Below, piece after piece: positions 26,232-36,236 of a stretch of DNA of 64,000 nt (position 1 is the stretch's first letter; every line of letters starts with the position of its first letter). The stretch comes from an uncultured Alphaproteobacteria bacterium. GTDB lineage: Bacteria; Pseudomonadota; Alphaproteobacteria; HIMB59; GCA-002718135. The stretch covers positions 6,188-70,187 of the forward strand of contig CACJNL010000001.1 in the NCBI GenBank assembly GCA_902594815.1, written 5' to 3'. The notes below the pieces were generated by a model, which had not been told where the DNA came from, made no database searches, and saw only the letters and a program-made list of their open reading frames with translations. A program made the position numbers and the translations under genes.

Positions 26232-27664
26232 ACTTTTAATACTCCTGGTAAATTACATATAATTCCATATTTTCGTCCTAAATCTTTATCTGTTGTACCA
26301 AACCTAAATTGATAAATATGAGCAGCCATTTTTTCATGATCTTCAAAATTATTTTTCAAACAACGTAAAATAAAATCATGTGATTTATTTTGAGAGTTTA
26401 CTAAATAAGGTAGCTCAACTGAAGCAAACCAAAAGCGTCTTAATAATAATTCTGGTGATACCCAATCTACTTCAAAATCACTCCAGCCATTTGGTTGTTT
26501 AGCTCTATAGGGTGAATTGCCTATTTCACGGAGAATCCAGGATAGTTGTTTTTGTCTATTTGTTGGCTTAAGTTTAAAAGTATAGCTCATCTTTTCAGCT
26601 GAAAGAGGAATATTTAAATCAAACATTCTTGAAAGTTGCATTAACCATATTTCAGGTGGATGAAATTTATGAGTACTGCTATTGTATTTGAAAGCTTGCG
26701 TAACAACAGCTTTATGAATTTCGATTAAATTACCATTAGATCTATTCCATGCCTCAATTACTGGATCTATCATTTCTTTAGTTGGTTCATCGGTAATAAA
26801 GTGTCTACATAATTTAGTTGAAACAAATTTTATACACATCGGATGTGTTGCTAAATCATGAATTACTTTTGCAAGTTCCCTTTTTGCATCATTTTTATAT
26901 TTTTTTCCTAAAACTACCTTGTCTCCTTTTTGATGCATTTCTTGATCAAACCAGATATCAGCTGTTTCAAGATCTTTATTATTCCACTTATGACACCAAC
27001 CAGTCATTATATATGCTAACTGGATGACATCCTCTTGCGTATATCCCGCCCTTGGGGATACAGTATGAAGCTCTAGCAATTCTCTTGCATGATTTTCATT
27101 AATTGTTTCCCTCCACTCCATTCCTTTTTTAGAATTAGGGCCAAAAGATTCGGAATTATCGAGATGATGGATCATGCACCATGACGTTGTTACTGCCTGT
27201 ACCATTTCTTCAAAAGTTTTTACCATATTAGGTCTTATTATTTCGCGTTGGTAAGGACCGGTACTAAACTCTGCTAAAAAATCTTTTTCACTTATGGCAA
27301 AATGATTTCCCCAAAAAAGCCAGAAGCGTTCGAATACAGGTTGTGTTCCATACTTTGTTTGATAATGGCGAATAGCATGTTCATTTAATTCAAAATATCT
27401 TTCACCAGTTTCAATTCTCAACTCATCTTTTGCTTTTCTGTATGCATTTTTGTCACTTTTGAATTTTTTTCTTAATACTTCTCTGTCTCCGTATACCCAT
27501 TCCCCATATTTTTTTCGTAATTCTTTTTCTGTTGGTATAGAGCCTTTCCATAAAAAGTCAGGAACTGTGTTTAATTGGTTTAATGCCCAACTGAGAGGCT
27601 CTTGCGGAATCTCCTCTTGTGGTGATAATCCAAATGCAACTCTTCTATAAAAATTTAATGACAT
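26228..27664 (-). CDS. DUF1800 family protein
   Basis: 478 aa with the NHFA... and ARELLELHTV... blocks typical of DUF1800. 4-nt overlap with DUF1501, its usual partner. Confidence 0.75.
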   Translation of the reverse strand: MSLNFYRRVAFGLSPQEEIPQEPLSWALNQLNTVPDFLWKGSIPTEKELRKKYGEWVYGDREVLRKKFKSDKNAYRKAKDELRIETGERYFELNEHAIRHYQTKYGTQPVFERFWLFWGNHFAISEKDFLAEFSTGPYQREIIRPNMVKTFEEMVQAVTTSWCMIHHLDNSESFGPNSKKGMEWRETINENHARELLELHTVSPRAGYTQEDVIQLAYIMTGWCHKWNNKDLETADIWFDQEMHQKGDKVVLGKKYKNDAKRELAKVIHDLATHPMCIKFVSTKLCRHFITDEPTKEMIDPVIEAWNRSNGNLIEIHKAVVTQAFKYNSSTHKFHPPEIWLMQLSRMFDLNIPLSAEKMSYTFKLKPTNRQKQLSWILREIGNSPYRAKQPNGWSDFEVDWVSPELLLRRFWFASVELPYLVNSQNKSHDFILRCLKNNFEDHEKMAAHIYQFRFGTTDKDLGRKYGIICNLPGVLKV

Positions 27665-27716
27665 AAAACAAAAAACTAGTTTACATATATTTTGAATTTA
27701 GAAAATAATAATATTA

Positions 27717-28368
27717 ATGAATAAAGTATCACTAAAAATTTGTGGAATAACGAATACATTGTCGGTTAAAACCGCACACAAAAATAAAATAAAATCCCTT
27801 GGTTTTGCCAGTAATAATTTAAATGGACCCAATACTGCATCAGATAAAAAAATACAGTCACTAATTAAAGAGTGTAAAAATTACAAAATTGAATCAGTTT
27901 TACTTAGTCGTTACGTTTCACTTGATAAATTAATTCAACAAATCGATTTTACTAAACCAAAAACTATTTCATGTTCTTACCATTTTAGTAAATATGAATT
28001 ACAAACATTGCGCAAAACTTTTAAACGGCTAAAGATTGGAATTTCAATTAATCCGGAGAATTTTAATCTGCGGTATATTAAAAATATCAAAAAACTTAAT
28101 CAATGTTATTTATTTCGATATGAACGTATACAAAAAAAGGAGCATAAAAACATATTCACTCAATAAGTGCATTAAACAAATTAAATCTATTAAAAACTTA
28201 TCGATCCCTGTTTTTATAGGTGGAGGGATCAATGGAGTTAAAGCAAAGCAAATAATTAATATAGTGAAACCTGATGGTATCGATGTTTCACGCAGTCTCA
28301 AAAATACAAAAAATATTATCTCATCAAAGAAACTAAAAAATTTTTTGAAAGAGATTGCAGTAGCTTAA
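27717..28368 (+). pseudogene. TrpF-like (phosphoribosylanthranilate isomerase fold) gene with a +1 frame change near an A5/A6 run
   Basis: Track ORFs 27717..28166 and 28036..28368 join as MNKVSLKICGIT...LKIGISINPENFNLRYIKNIK | LINVIYFDMN...IPVFIGGGINGVKAKQIINIVKPDGIDVSRSL... This gives a (beta/alpha)8 protein of about 217 aa with TrpF-like KICGIT, (L)D and GGG(I)N...DVS blocks. The shift lies within about 28080-28100. The GGSG phosphate loop is not evident. Confidence 0.55.
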
Positions 28369-28845
28369 TTTTTTAATCACATACTGATCTTTCAAATCTT
28401 TTAGTAAATCTTTTATTGTTAATTGAGTTTCTGGATCTCTAAAAAATGGATCTAAATCAATAAGGGGAAGTAAAACAAAATCTCTTTCTTTTGCTCGGGG
28501 GTGCGGGATAAACAAATTTTGATTTCTAAATTTTTTTTTACCCCAAAAAATTATATCTAAATCAATCTTTCTTGGTCCATTAACTATTCTTTTATTTTTT
28601 TGTAATTTTTTTTCAATAAGTTGAATATTTTTCATTAATTGTAATGGCATCATCTTTGATTGAAGCTCAAGCACACTGTTATAAAAATAGTTTTGATGTA
28701 GGTAGCCGTATGGTTTTGATTTATAAATATTAGCTATTTTGGAAATTTCACCTAATTTATTTAACTCATTAATTGCGGCAGAAAAATTATTTTTATAGTT
28801 TCCAACATTAGTTCCAAGGGCTATGTAATATTTAGTTGGATACAC
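28333..28845 (-). CDS. folK: 2-amino-4-hydroxy-6-hydroxymethyldihydropteridine diphosphokinase
   Basis: 170 aa, HPPK pattern (YIALGTNVGN..., GPRKIDLDIIFW, IPHPRAKERDFVLLPL). Confidence 0.9.
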   Translation of the reverse strand: MYPTKYYIALGTNVGNYKNNFSAAINELNKLGEISKIANIYKSKPYGYLHQNYFYNSVLELQSKMMPLQLMKNIQLIEKKLQKNKRIVNGPRKIDLDIIFWGKKKFRNQNLFIPHPRAKERDFVLLPLIDLDPFFRDPETQLTIKDLLKDLKDQYVIKKLSYCNLFQKIF

Positions 28846-29176
28846 TTACTGACTCTGCACCGTATCTTTTTGCAACTTCTGTTTTATTGACCTTAATTGT
28901 AACTTTTTTTAATTTAAATCTTTTTTCTAACATATCAGAGGAAGAGATAATCAATCTCTCTAGGGTATGGTGCTTTGATTGACTTATATGTTGCTTTAGC
29001 GACTTAGTGATGCCAGAGTAGTCTTTAAGATTTGACATTGACTCTAAATCTTTGCCTTTAGGCACAGCATAACTAAAATTTAATGTAACTTTAAGTAATT
29101 GTTTGTTTTTTCTTTCCTGTGGGGTTATTCCTATATTGGCAAAAACTTTTAGATTTTTTATTTCTACATTAAACAT
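28832..29176 (-). CDS. folB: dihydroneopterin aldolase
   Basis: 114 aa. FolB-like N-terminus (IKNLKVFANIGITPQERKNKQ). Position between folP and folK. Confidence 0.75.
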   Translation of the reverse strand: MFNVEIKNLKVFANIGITPQERKNKQLLKVTLNFSYAVPKGKDLESMSNLKDYSGITKSLKQHISQSKHHTLERLIISSSDMLEKRFKLKKVTIKVNKTEVAKRYGAESVSVSN

Positions 29177-29982
29177 AAATTTTTATACACTTTCAGTGCT
29201 TGATAGGTTTCTTTTACATCGTGGACTCTAAACATTTTTACTCCTTTTTTATAGCAGTAAAGAGCAGATGCTAATGACCCACCAAGACGATTGCTAACAT
29301 CGCTTTTATCTATTCCATTTATCCAACTTTTTCTTGATGAGCCCAACAAGATGCCACAATTATAAATTTTGAATTTCTCGATATTCTGCATAATTTCTAA
29401 ATTTTGTGCTAGATTTTTGCCAAAGCCAATTCCTGGATCGAACCAAATTTTAGATTGAGGTATTTTGTATTTATCTAATTTTTTTAGAGTTAATTGAAAA
29501 ATTTTTCTAATATCATTAACAACATTTTTATAAGAATTAACCTTTGATTGCATTATTTTAGGTGGAGCGGGGGTATGCATCAGGACCAGCCCATTTTTGA
29601 ATTTTTTAGTAAGTTGAAAAAGATCGTCAGACCCTCCAAAAATGTCGTTGATAATATGTGCGCCATTTTCTAAAGCAAATTCTTGGGTTTCAATTTTTGA
29701 AGAATCAATGGAGATGATAAATTGGTCTTTTGGTAATTTTTTTAGAATGGGTGAGAGTTTTTTTATTTCATCTTTGTAAGAAATTGGGTCGCTACCCGGT
29801 TTAGTGCTTTCTGCACCAATATCAATTATTTGAGCGCCATCATTCAGCATTTGTTTAATAGATTTTAATGCATCAGATGTTTTGAAATTTTTTCCACCAT
29901 CACTAAATGAGTCTTTGGTAACATTACAAATGCCCATTATTGTTGGGGACAGAATAGAAAATTCAGAATTGTTTAATTTCAT
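29164..29982 (-). CDS. folP: dihydropteroate synthase
   Basis: 272 aa with MGICNVTKDSFSDGG, IIDIGAESTKPG and DPGIGFGK. Confidence 0.9.
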   Translation of the reverse strand: MKLNNSEFSILSPTIMGICNVTKDSFSDGGKNFKTSDALKSIKQMLNDGAQIIDIGAESTKPGSDPISYKDEIKKLSPILKKLPKDQFIISIDSSKIETQEFALENGAHIINDIFGGSDDLFQLTKKFKNGLVLMHTPAPPKIMQSKVNSYKNVVNDIRKIFQLTLKKLDKYKIPQSKIWFDPGIGFGKNLAQNLEIMQNIEKFKIYNCGILLGSSRKSWINGIDKSDVSNRLGGSLASALYCYKKGVKMFRVHDVKETYQALKVYKNLCLM

Positions 29983-30737
29983 TATTTTAATTGCTCTTTG
30001 TATATCTCCAACAACCTATTAAACATTTTTGAAGAGGAGCTAAACCATTTTATTGAAGGAATAGATGATACATTGATAACTCCTTTTCCTGAACCAACTA
30101 AAATTATTTCATCTGCACTTTCTAAATCTGCAAATTTAATAAATTTATTACGATAATCTTTACTTATTTTAGAAAGAAGAAACTCTAAAGTTATTCCTCG
30201 ATAAAAATTACCTTTAGGTAGAAAGATGTTGTTGTTTTTTATTACTATTAAGTTTGTTGTAGAGCCTTCTAGCAAATTTTTATTATGGAAAAATAATATC
30301 TCTTCTTTTTGCATATCAATTCCTTTTTGCAGGGATAGTATTTTTTTATATTGTAAATTTTTAATTGAAGGATTAGATCTTTGATAGTTGATTAACGTAC
30401 ATTGAAAATTTTTTTTTGGACGCAGTCGCGGTCGAAGAGATAGCGATAGAATATTTTTTTTAATCGCCACCCTTAATAGATGATCATATTTTTTTATTTT
30501 TAAGTTATGTGGCATCAAATCAAAAAGCTTATCAGGAGTTAATGAAAAAGGGATATTCAATTTTTTTAAACTCTTATTAAGTTTAAAAATGTGTTCATCT
30601 AATAAAACAAATTTTGGTTCCTTTCCAAATAATCGAATAGTAGTAAAAACACCTGTTGAGCCCCACAAGTTATCGTAGGTGGTTTTTTTAAAATTACTTA
30701 GCCTGTAAGATTTTTTGAATAAGAAATTTGCCATCAA
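29982..30737 (-). CDS. pabC: aminodeoxychorismate lyase (class IV aminotransferase fold)
   Basis: 251 aa. Divergent class-IV fold sequence placed between pabA and folP. The start is uncertain because of a 44-nt overlap with pabA. Confidence 0.6.
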   Translation of the reverse strand: MMANFLFKKSYRLSNFKKTTYDNLWGSTGVFTTIRLFGKEPKFVLLDEHIFKLNKSLKKLNIPFSLTPDKLFDLMPHNLKIKKYDHLLRVAIKKNILSLSLRPRLRPKKNFQCTLINYQRSNPSIKNLQYKKILSLQKGIDMQKEEILFFHNKNLLEGSTTNLIVIKNNNIFLPKGNFYRGITLEFLLSKISKDYRNKFIKFADLESADEIILVGSGKGVINVSSIPSIKWFSSSSKMFNRLLEIYKEQLK

Positions 30738-31254
30738 CTGTCAAAAAAGAGTCAGGGTGAAATTGAAATCCATAAACATTATTAATAGTATCTTCTATCG
30801 CCATAGCAACATTAGTTTCAACACAGCGCATTGTTATTTTAAGATTTTGATGAGAAAAAGGCTCTTTTAGTTTCAAAGAATGGTAGCGACCTCCTAATAA
30901 TATTTTATTAGGCTTAAATAAGGAGCTTCCCTTTAAGACTTTAATTTTTGATTGATATCCATGATATATTTTTTTTTGGGGGATTATTAGCCCTTTTTCA
31001 GCATACAAAATTTGTTGAAACCCTAAACATATACCAACTATTTTTTTTAAACCTTTGTATTGATGATAAATTTTTTGCGTTTCCGAGTAGTGAGAAGGAT
31101 CACCAGGTCCAGGGGAGAAAACTATAATCTTGCAGGAATCTAATTTTTTTTTATCAATATTAAAATAGTTTGACACATAAGTTGGGGCAAAGTTATCAAG
31201 CAAATGCACCAAGTTGTAAGTAAAAGAGTCCTCGTGATCAATGACGTAAATCAT
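30694..31254 (-). CDS. pabA: aminodeoxychorismate/anthranilate synthase glutamine amidotransferase component
   Basis: 186 aa with GPGDP, GICLGFQ (nucleophile Cys) and FQFHPDS. Confidence 0.85.
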   Translation of the reverse strand: MIYVIDHEDSFTYNLVHLLDNFAPTYVSNYFNIDKKKLDSCKIIVFSPGPGDPSHYSETQKIYHQYKGLKKIVGICLGFQQILYAEKGLIIPQKKIYHGYQSKIKVLKGSSLFKPNKILLGGRYHSLKLKEPFSHQNLKITMRCVETNVAMAIEDTINNVYGFQFHPDSFLTVDGKFLIQKILQAK

Positions 31255-32462
31255 ATTTTAAATAAATCTAAAAGTGATTTTGCTTTGATATAATTTTCTT
31301 TGTATTCTTTTTTGGCTTTACTATCAATGACGACACCACTTGCAACTGAAATTTCTGCGCGTTTTTTAAAATTCAAAAGGGTACGAATAATAATATTAAA
31401 GCGCATATCGCCGTTCGCGTTAATATAACCAAAGCTACCGGTATAAATATTTCGATTTAGTCTTTCCCGACTATTTAAAAGTTTTAATGTATTAATTTTT
31501 GGACAACCAATGACTGATCCACCAGGCATCATTGCTGAAATTATATCATGATTGCTCGTCTTCTTTTTAAGTGTTCCTTTTATCTCCGTTACATAATGAT
31601 AAAGGTCTCTATATTGTTCAACACTTTTTAATTTTGAAATTTTAACACTACCAGATTTGCATATACGAGATAAGTCATTTCTCTCCATATCGACAATCAT
31701 ATTGTGCTCCTTACTTTCCTTTTCATTTTTTTTAAAATAACTCATTGCATATTTAATTGTCATTTTTTTAGTACGGTTTAGGGTTCCCGCTATAGGTTTT
31801 GTGATAATTGTGTTTTTCTTTTTTGTAATAAGTGTCTCTGGGGAACAACTAATAATACTGTAATCTCTATCACGTATTAAAAAGCTCTCGGGTGATTCAT
31901 TCATGCTCATCAGTTTCCAGAAAAAATCAACAGCATCAATATGGGATTTATTTGAATAAGTTTGACAAATCTTAATTTGATACGTCTCTCCCAATTTAAT
32001 TTTTTTAGAAAAATACTTAAAAAGATTTGAATATTGTGATTCATTTAAATTTAAATTAAATTTTTTTTCATGAAAATGGTTATTATTTTTTTGTGAAGGT
32101 ATTTTTTTTCTAAAGTTTTTTAATAAACTTTTTATAGTGATGTTTTTTCTTATTTTTATTAAGGTCTGAGGTTTGTAAACTAAACCTGGATAAAAATTTG
32201 ATGTTTCTTGTTTAGGTAACTTAATATCAATATTCTTGCATAAAAGTTCGTAACCAAAAAAACCAACATAGCAGTTAAGTTCTTTGATTTTTGAATTTGG
32301 TTTGTTGCATTTGATGTTCAAAAAACTTTTAAAATTCTTTGAGTTAAGGACAATTCTTTCATTAAAGTCAGTATAAACATCAAATCCACCAATAGTTTTA
32401 TAAATTATTAGTGGTTTATTGGATTGAAAAATCTTATTAAGGTATTCTTTATTGTTCAGCAC
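31251..32462 (-). CDS. pabB: aminodeoxychorismate synthase component I (chorismate-binding)
   Basis: 403 aa with a C-terminal chorismate-binding domain (PGGSVIGCPK, GSFGYIN, IRT). Confidence 0.8.
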   Translation of the reverse strand: MLNNKEYLNKIFQSNKPLIIYKTIGGFDVYTDFNERIVLNSKNFKSFLNIKCNKPNSKIKELNCYVGFFGYELLCKNIDIKLPKQETSNFYPGLVYKPQTLIKIRKNITIKSLLKNFRKKIPSQKNNNHFHEKKFNLNLNESQYSNLFKYFSKKIKLGETYQIKICQTYSNKSHIDAVDFFWKLMSMNESPESFLIRDRDYSIISCSPETLITKKKNTIITKPIAGTLNRTKKMTIKYAMSYFKKNEKESKEHNMIVDMERNDLSRICKSGSVKISKLKSVEQYRDLYHYVTEIKGTLKKKTSNHDIISAMMPGGSVIGCPKINTLKLLNSRERLNRNIYTGSFGYINANGDMRFNIIIRTLLNFKKRAEISVASGVVIDSKAKKEYKENYIKAKSLLDLFKI

Positions 32463-32490
32463 AGAAATCTATTATAATTAGGTAAGAAAT

Positions 32491-32913
32491 ATGGAAAATA
32501 CTTTTATTCAAAAAATTGTTTTTTTGCTTGTATTATTTTTCTCTAGCGTGGTTTTATCGCACGGAACTGTTATTATCACCAATGTAGAGCATGATGATGG
32601 CTACATAGATGTTAAAATTTATGACTCTAAAGATAGTTTTTTGAAAGAAGATGAGGCGGTTGAGGCAGTTAGAAAAAAAGTTAAGAAGGGCAGAGTTGAA
32701 GTTCCACTATCAAAAATACATGAGGGTGAAATAGCAATTGTTGTGTATCATGATGAAGATGGTAATGGTGAGTTAAAGACAGGTATGTTTTGGAGACCCA
32801 AAGAAGGTTTTGCTTTCAGTAATAATTATTCACCAAAAGGACCACCAAAATTTAAAAAGGCAGCAATCATGTTAGAGCACGGTGTGCCTGTAGAGATCGA
32901 GCTAAACTATTAA
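32491..32913 (+). CDS. DUF2141 family secreted protein
   Basis: 140 aa with a signal peptide and a DUF2141-like pattern (…VYHDEDGNGELKTGMFWRPKEGFAFSNN…GPPKFKKA). Confidence 0.7.
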   Translation: MENTFIQKIVFLLVLFFSSVVLSHGTVIITNVEHDDGYIDVKIYDSKDSFLKEDEAVEAVRKKVKKGRVEVPLSKIHEGEIAIVVYHDEDGNGELKTGMFWRPKEGFAFSNNYSPKGPPKFKKAAIMLEHGVPVEIELNY

Positions 32914-32930
32914 CAATAATTAAAAAATTA

Positions 32931-34313
32931 ATGGTCTTAAAGATTCACAACACATTATCAGGAACAAAAGAAACTTTTGAACCTGTCGACAACAATCACG
33001 TTCGAATTTATGCATGTGGCCCAACAGTCTATAATTTTGCACATATTGGAAATGCAAGAATGGCTGTTGTGAATGATCTCTTAGTAAATGTCCTAAGAAC
33101 ACAGTTCGAGAAAGTAACCTATGTATCCAACATAACAGATATTGATGATAAAATTATAGATGCTGCTCATGAGCTAAACGAACCAATAAAAAACTTAACA
33201 ACAAAATATACCAAAATTTATAACGACGATATGGGTTATTTAAATGTTAAGCTTCCCGATATACAGCCACATGCGACTGATCATATCAGTGAAATGATAG
33301 ATCTGATAAAAAAACTAATTGAAAATAATTACGCTTACGAAAAAGATGGGCATGTTCTTTTTCATGTGCCAAGCTTTTCAAAGTACGGGGTTTTGTCAAA
33401 AAGAAATCGTGATGAGCAAATTGCAGGAAGTAGAGTAGAGGTAGCGCCTTTCAAAAAAGATCCTGCAGATTTTATTTTGTGGAAACCATCGCCAGATCCA
33501 TTGCCAGGTTGGGGGTCTCCTTGGGGTTTTGGTCGTCCAGGCTGGCACCTTGAGTGTTCTGCAATGTCTGAAAAGACATTAGGGTTGCCATTTGATATTC
33601 ATAGTGGAGGGATGGATTTGGTTTTTCCACATCACGAAAATGAAATTGCACAGACTTGCTCCTTAGATGATAATCATGAACCAGCAAGTTTTGCAAAGTT
33701 TTGGTTTCATAATGGGTTTGTAAACGTTGAAGGTGAAAAAATGTCCAAATCTATTGGAAATATTAAGTTAGTTCATGACCTTAAAAACCAATACAAAGGA
33801 GAAGTGTTGAGATTAACGCTGTTGTCCGCTCATTATAGGCAGCCTTTGAATTGGACAAAAGAAATTATAGATCAAAACAGCAAAATGCTTGATCGTTTTT
33901 ATCGGTCTTTAAAAGAACTACAAGATGTAGAAATTTCTTCCGATCTTGTTTCAGAAGACATTATGGAAAGTTTATTGGATGACCTTAACACCCCTAAAGT
34001 TTTAGCTAAACTTAACACGTTATCGAACACATTATCGTCAGCTGATACTGATGAAAAAAGAAATATTAAAAACAATTTAATCGCTGCAGGAAAAATTCTT
34101 GGTGTAATGCAAGAAGACCCAAATGTATGGCTAGGCTACAACCAGACATCAAATCCTGAAAAAGAAGAGATAGAAGGGTTGATAAATCAACGCAATGAAG
34201 CTAGACGCAATAAAGATTTTAAATTAGCCGATCAAATAAGGGATAAACTTAAATCTAAGGGTATAGAAATAGAAGACACAAAAAACGGGACTATTTGGCG
34301 AAAAGACTCATGA
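32931..34313 (+). CDS. cysS: cysteine--tRNA ligase
   Basis: 460 aa with HIGNAR (HIGH) and KMSKS motifs. Confidence 0.95.
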   Translation: MVLKIHNTLSGTKETFEPVDNNHVRIYACGPTVYNFAHIGNARMAVVNDLLVNVLRTQFEKVTYVSNITDIDDKIIDAAHELNEPIKNLTTKYTKIYNDDMGYLNVKLPDIQPHATDHISEMIDLIKKLIENNYAYEKDGHVLFHVPSFSKYGVLSKRNRDEQIAGSRVEVAPFKKDPADFILWKPSPDPLPGWGSPWGFGRPGWHLECSAMSEKTLGLPFDIHSGGMDLVFPHHENEIAQTCSLDDNHEPASFAKFWFHNGFVNVEGEKMSKSIGNIKLVHDLKNQYKGEVLRLTLLSAHYRQPLNWTKEIIDQNSKMLDRFYRSLKELQDVEISSDLVSEDIMESLLDDLNTPKVLAKLNTLSNTLSSADTDEKRNIKNNLIAAGKILGVMQEDPNVWLGYNQTSNPEKEEIEGLINQRNEARRNKDFKLADQIRDKLKSKGIEIEDTKNGTIWRKDS

Positions 34314-36235
34314 GCAACAACATTATAATCACCTTTCCTGATGGAAGCACAAAATCATTAAAAAAAGGAGTTTCAGGATTTGAACTAGCAAATCAAATTT
34401 CTAAATCACTTGCTAAGGAAGCAGTTGCAATAAAAATAGATGGTAAGATTTGTGATCTATCTCTTCCACTTAATAATGACTGTAAAGTAGTAATCATAAA
34501 AAAAGAAAACGATGAAGCTCTTGATATAATAAGACATGACTGTGCACATGTAATGGCAGAAGCTGTGCAATCTTTGTATCCAGGTACACAAGTTACAATC
34601 GGCCCTTCAATTGAAAATGGTTTTTATTATGATTTTGCTCGAAAGGAACCTTTTACAATTGCAGACTTACCAAAAATAGAAAAGAAAATGCATGAAATCA
34701 TCAATAAGGGTGAGCAATTTACAAGGGAAGTCTGGTCAAGAGATGAAGCTATAAAATTTTTCAAAGATAAAGGCGAAGAATATAAAGTTGAACTAATTGA
34801 AGATTTAAATGCCGATGAGGAAATAACTATTTACAAACAAGGGGAATGGTTAGATCTTTGCCGTGGCCCTCATATGATGAGCACAAAACAAATTGGTAAA
34901 GGTTTTAAGTTAATGAAAGTTGCTGGAGCATATTGGAGAGGTGACTCAAATAATGCAATGCTAACACGCATATATGGAACAGCATGGAGAAATGAGAAAG
35001 AATTAGAAAGTCATTTATTACAAATTGAAGAAGCGGAAAAAAGAGATCACCGTAAACTTGGAAAAGAAATGGATTTATTTCACTTTCAAGAAGAAGCTCC
35101 CGGTGCAGTTTTTTGGCATCCAAAAGGCTGGCGCTTATTTCAATCATTAATAAGTTATATGAGAGAAAGACAAGATAAAGCAGGTTATGTGGAAACAAAC
35201 ACGCCTGACATGATGGATAAATCTCTTTGGGAAACATCTGGTCACTGGGATAAGTTTAGTGAGATGATGTTTAGAACAGAGGCCAAAGATGAAAAAATAT
35301 ATGCTATCAAACCAATGAACTGCCCAGGGGCTGTAGAAATATTCAAACAAGGTTTAAAGAGTTATCGTGATCTTCCTTTTCTTTTATCTGAGTTTGGAAA
35401 AGTGCACCGTTATGAGCCGTCAGGTGCGTTACACGGCTTAATGCGAGTGCGAGCCTTTACGCAAGATGATGCCCATATCTTTTGTACAGAAGATCAAATA
35501 ACTGAAGAGAGTAAAACAGTTTGTGACTTAATTCTTAGTATCTATAAAGATTTTGGATTTGATAATGTAAGAATTAAATTTTCTGATCGACCTGAAAAGC
35601 GGGTAGGAGATGATGCAGTATGGGATAAGGCAGAAGCAGCATTGAAGCAAGCTATGGAAACGACTGGGCTTGAGTACACACTCAATCCAGGTGAAGGTGC
35701 GTTTTATGGCCCTAAACTAGAGTTTGTTTTGCGCGACGCTATTGGGCGAGATTGGCAGTGCGGTACACTTCAAGTTGACTTGAATTTACCTGGAAGATTA
35801 GGTGCAACATACATCGCTGAAGACGGTCAAAAAAAGACGCCGGTGATGCTTCATAGAGCTCTATTTGGCTCTTTAGAGAGATTTACTGGTATATTAATTG
35901 AGCATTATGCGGGACATTTGCCGTTTTGGTTATCACCATTACAAATCGTAGTTGCTACAATAACATCTGATTCAGATAACTATGCTTTTGAAGTTAAAGA
36001 TCAATTAACTAAAAATGGTTTAGTAGTAGAGGCTGACATACGAAACGAAAAAATAGGTTATAAAATTCGTGAACATAGTAATGCTAAGGTACCTGTAATT
36101 CTTGCAGTTGGAAAAAAAGAAGCTGATGAGCAAACTGTTTCTGTTCGAAGACTTGGTAGCCAACAAACATCAACAATTAAGCTAGATGAATTGATAAAGG
36201 ATCTTAAAAAAGAATCTCTTTCTCCAATAAACTAA
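34310..36235 (+). CDS. thrS: threonine--tRNA ligase
   Basis: Start at ATG 34310, an ATGA overlap with the cysS stop. TGS domain, editing domain (HDCAHV), class II core and anticodon-binding domain. Confidence 0.95.
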   Translation: MSNNIIITFPDGSTKSLKKGVSGFELANQISKSLAKEAVAIKIDGKICDLSLPLNNDCKVVIIKKENDEALDIIRHDCAHVMAEAVQSLYPGTQVTIGPSIENGFYYDFARKEPFTIADLPKIEKKMHEIINKGEQFTREVWSRDEAIKFFKDKGEEYKVELIEDLNADEEITIYKQGEWLDLCRGPHMMSTKQIGKGFKLMKVAGAYWRGDSNNAMLTRIYGTAWRNEKELESHLLQIEEAEKRDHRKLGKEMDLFHFQEEAPGAVFWHPKGWRLFQSLISYMRERQDKAGYVETNTPDMMDKSLWETSGHWDKFSEMMFRTEAKDEKIYAIKPMNCPGAVEIFKQGLKSYRDLPFLLSEFGKVHRYEPSGALHGLMRVRAFTQDDAHIFCTEDQITEESKTVCDLILSIYKDFGFDNVRIKFSDRPEKRVGDDAVWDKAEAALKQAMETTGLEYTLNPGEGAFYGPKLEFVLRDAIGRDWQCGTLQVDLNLPGRLGATYIAEDGQKKTPVMLHRALFGSLERFTGILIEHYAGHLPFWLSPLQIVVATITSDSDNYAFEVKDQLTKNGLVVEADIRNEKIGYKIREHSNAKVPVILAVGKKEADEQTVSVRRLGSQQTSTIKLDELIKDLKKESLSPIN

Positions 36236-36236
36236 T

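Noticed and set aside
27697-27703. Isolated TTTAGAA half-site in the DUF1800/TrpF-like divergent region
   Set aside because: No matching TTCTAAA half is present at N3 spacing. A single 7-mer of this composition is expected by chance in about 25% G+C intergenic DNA.
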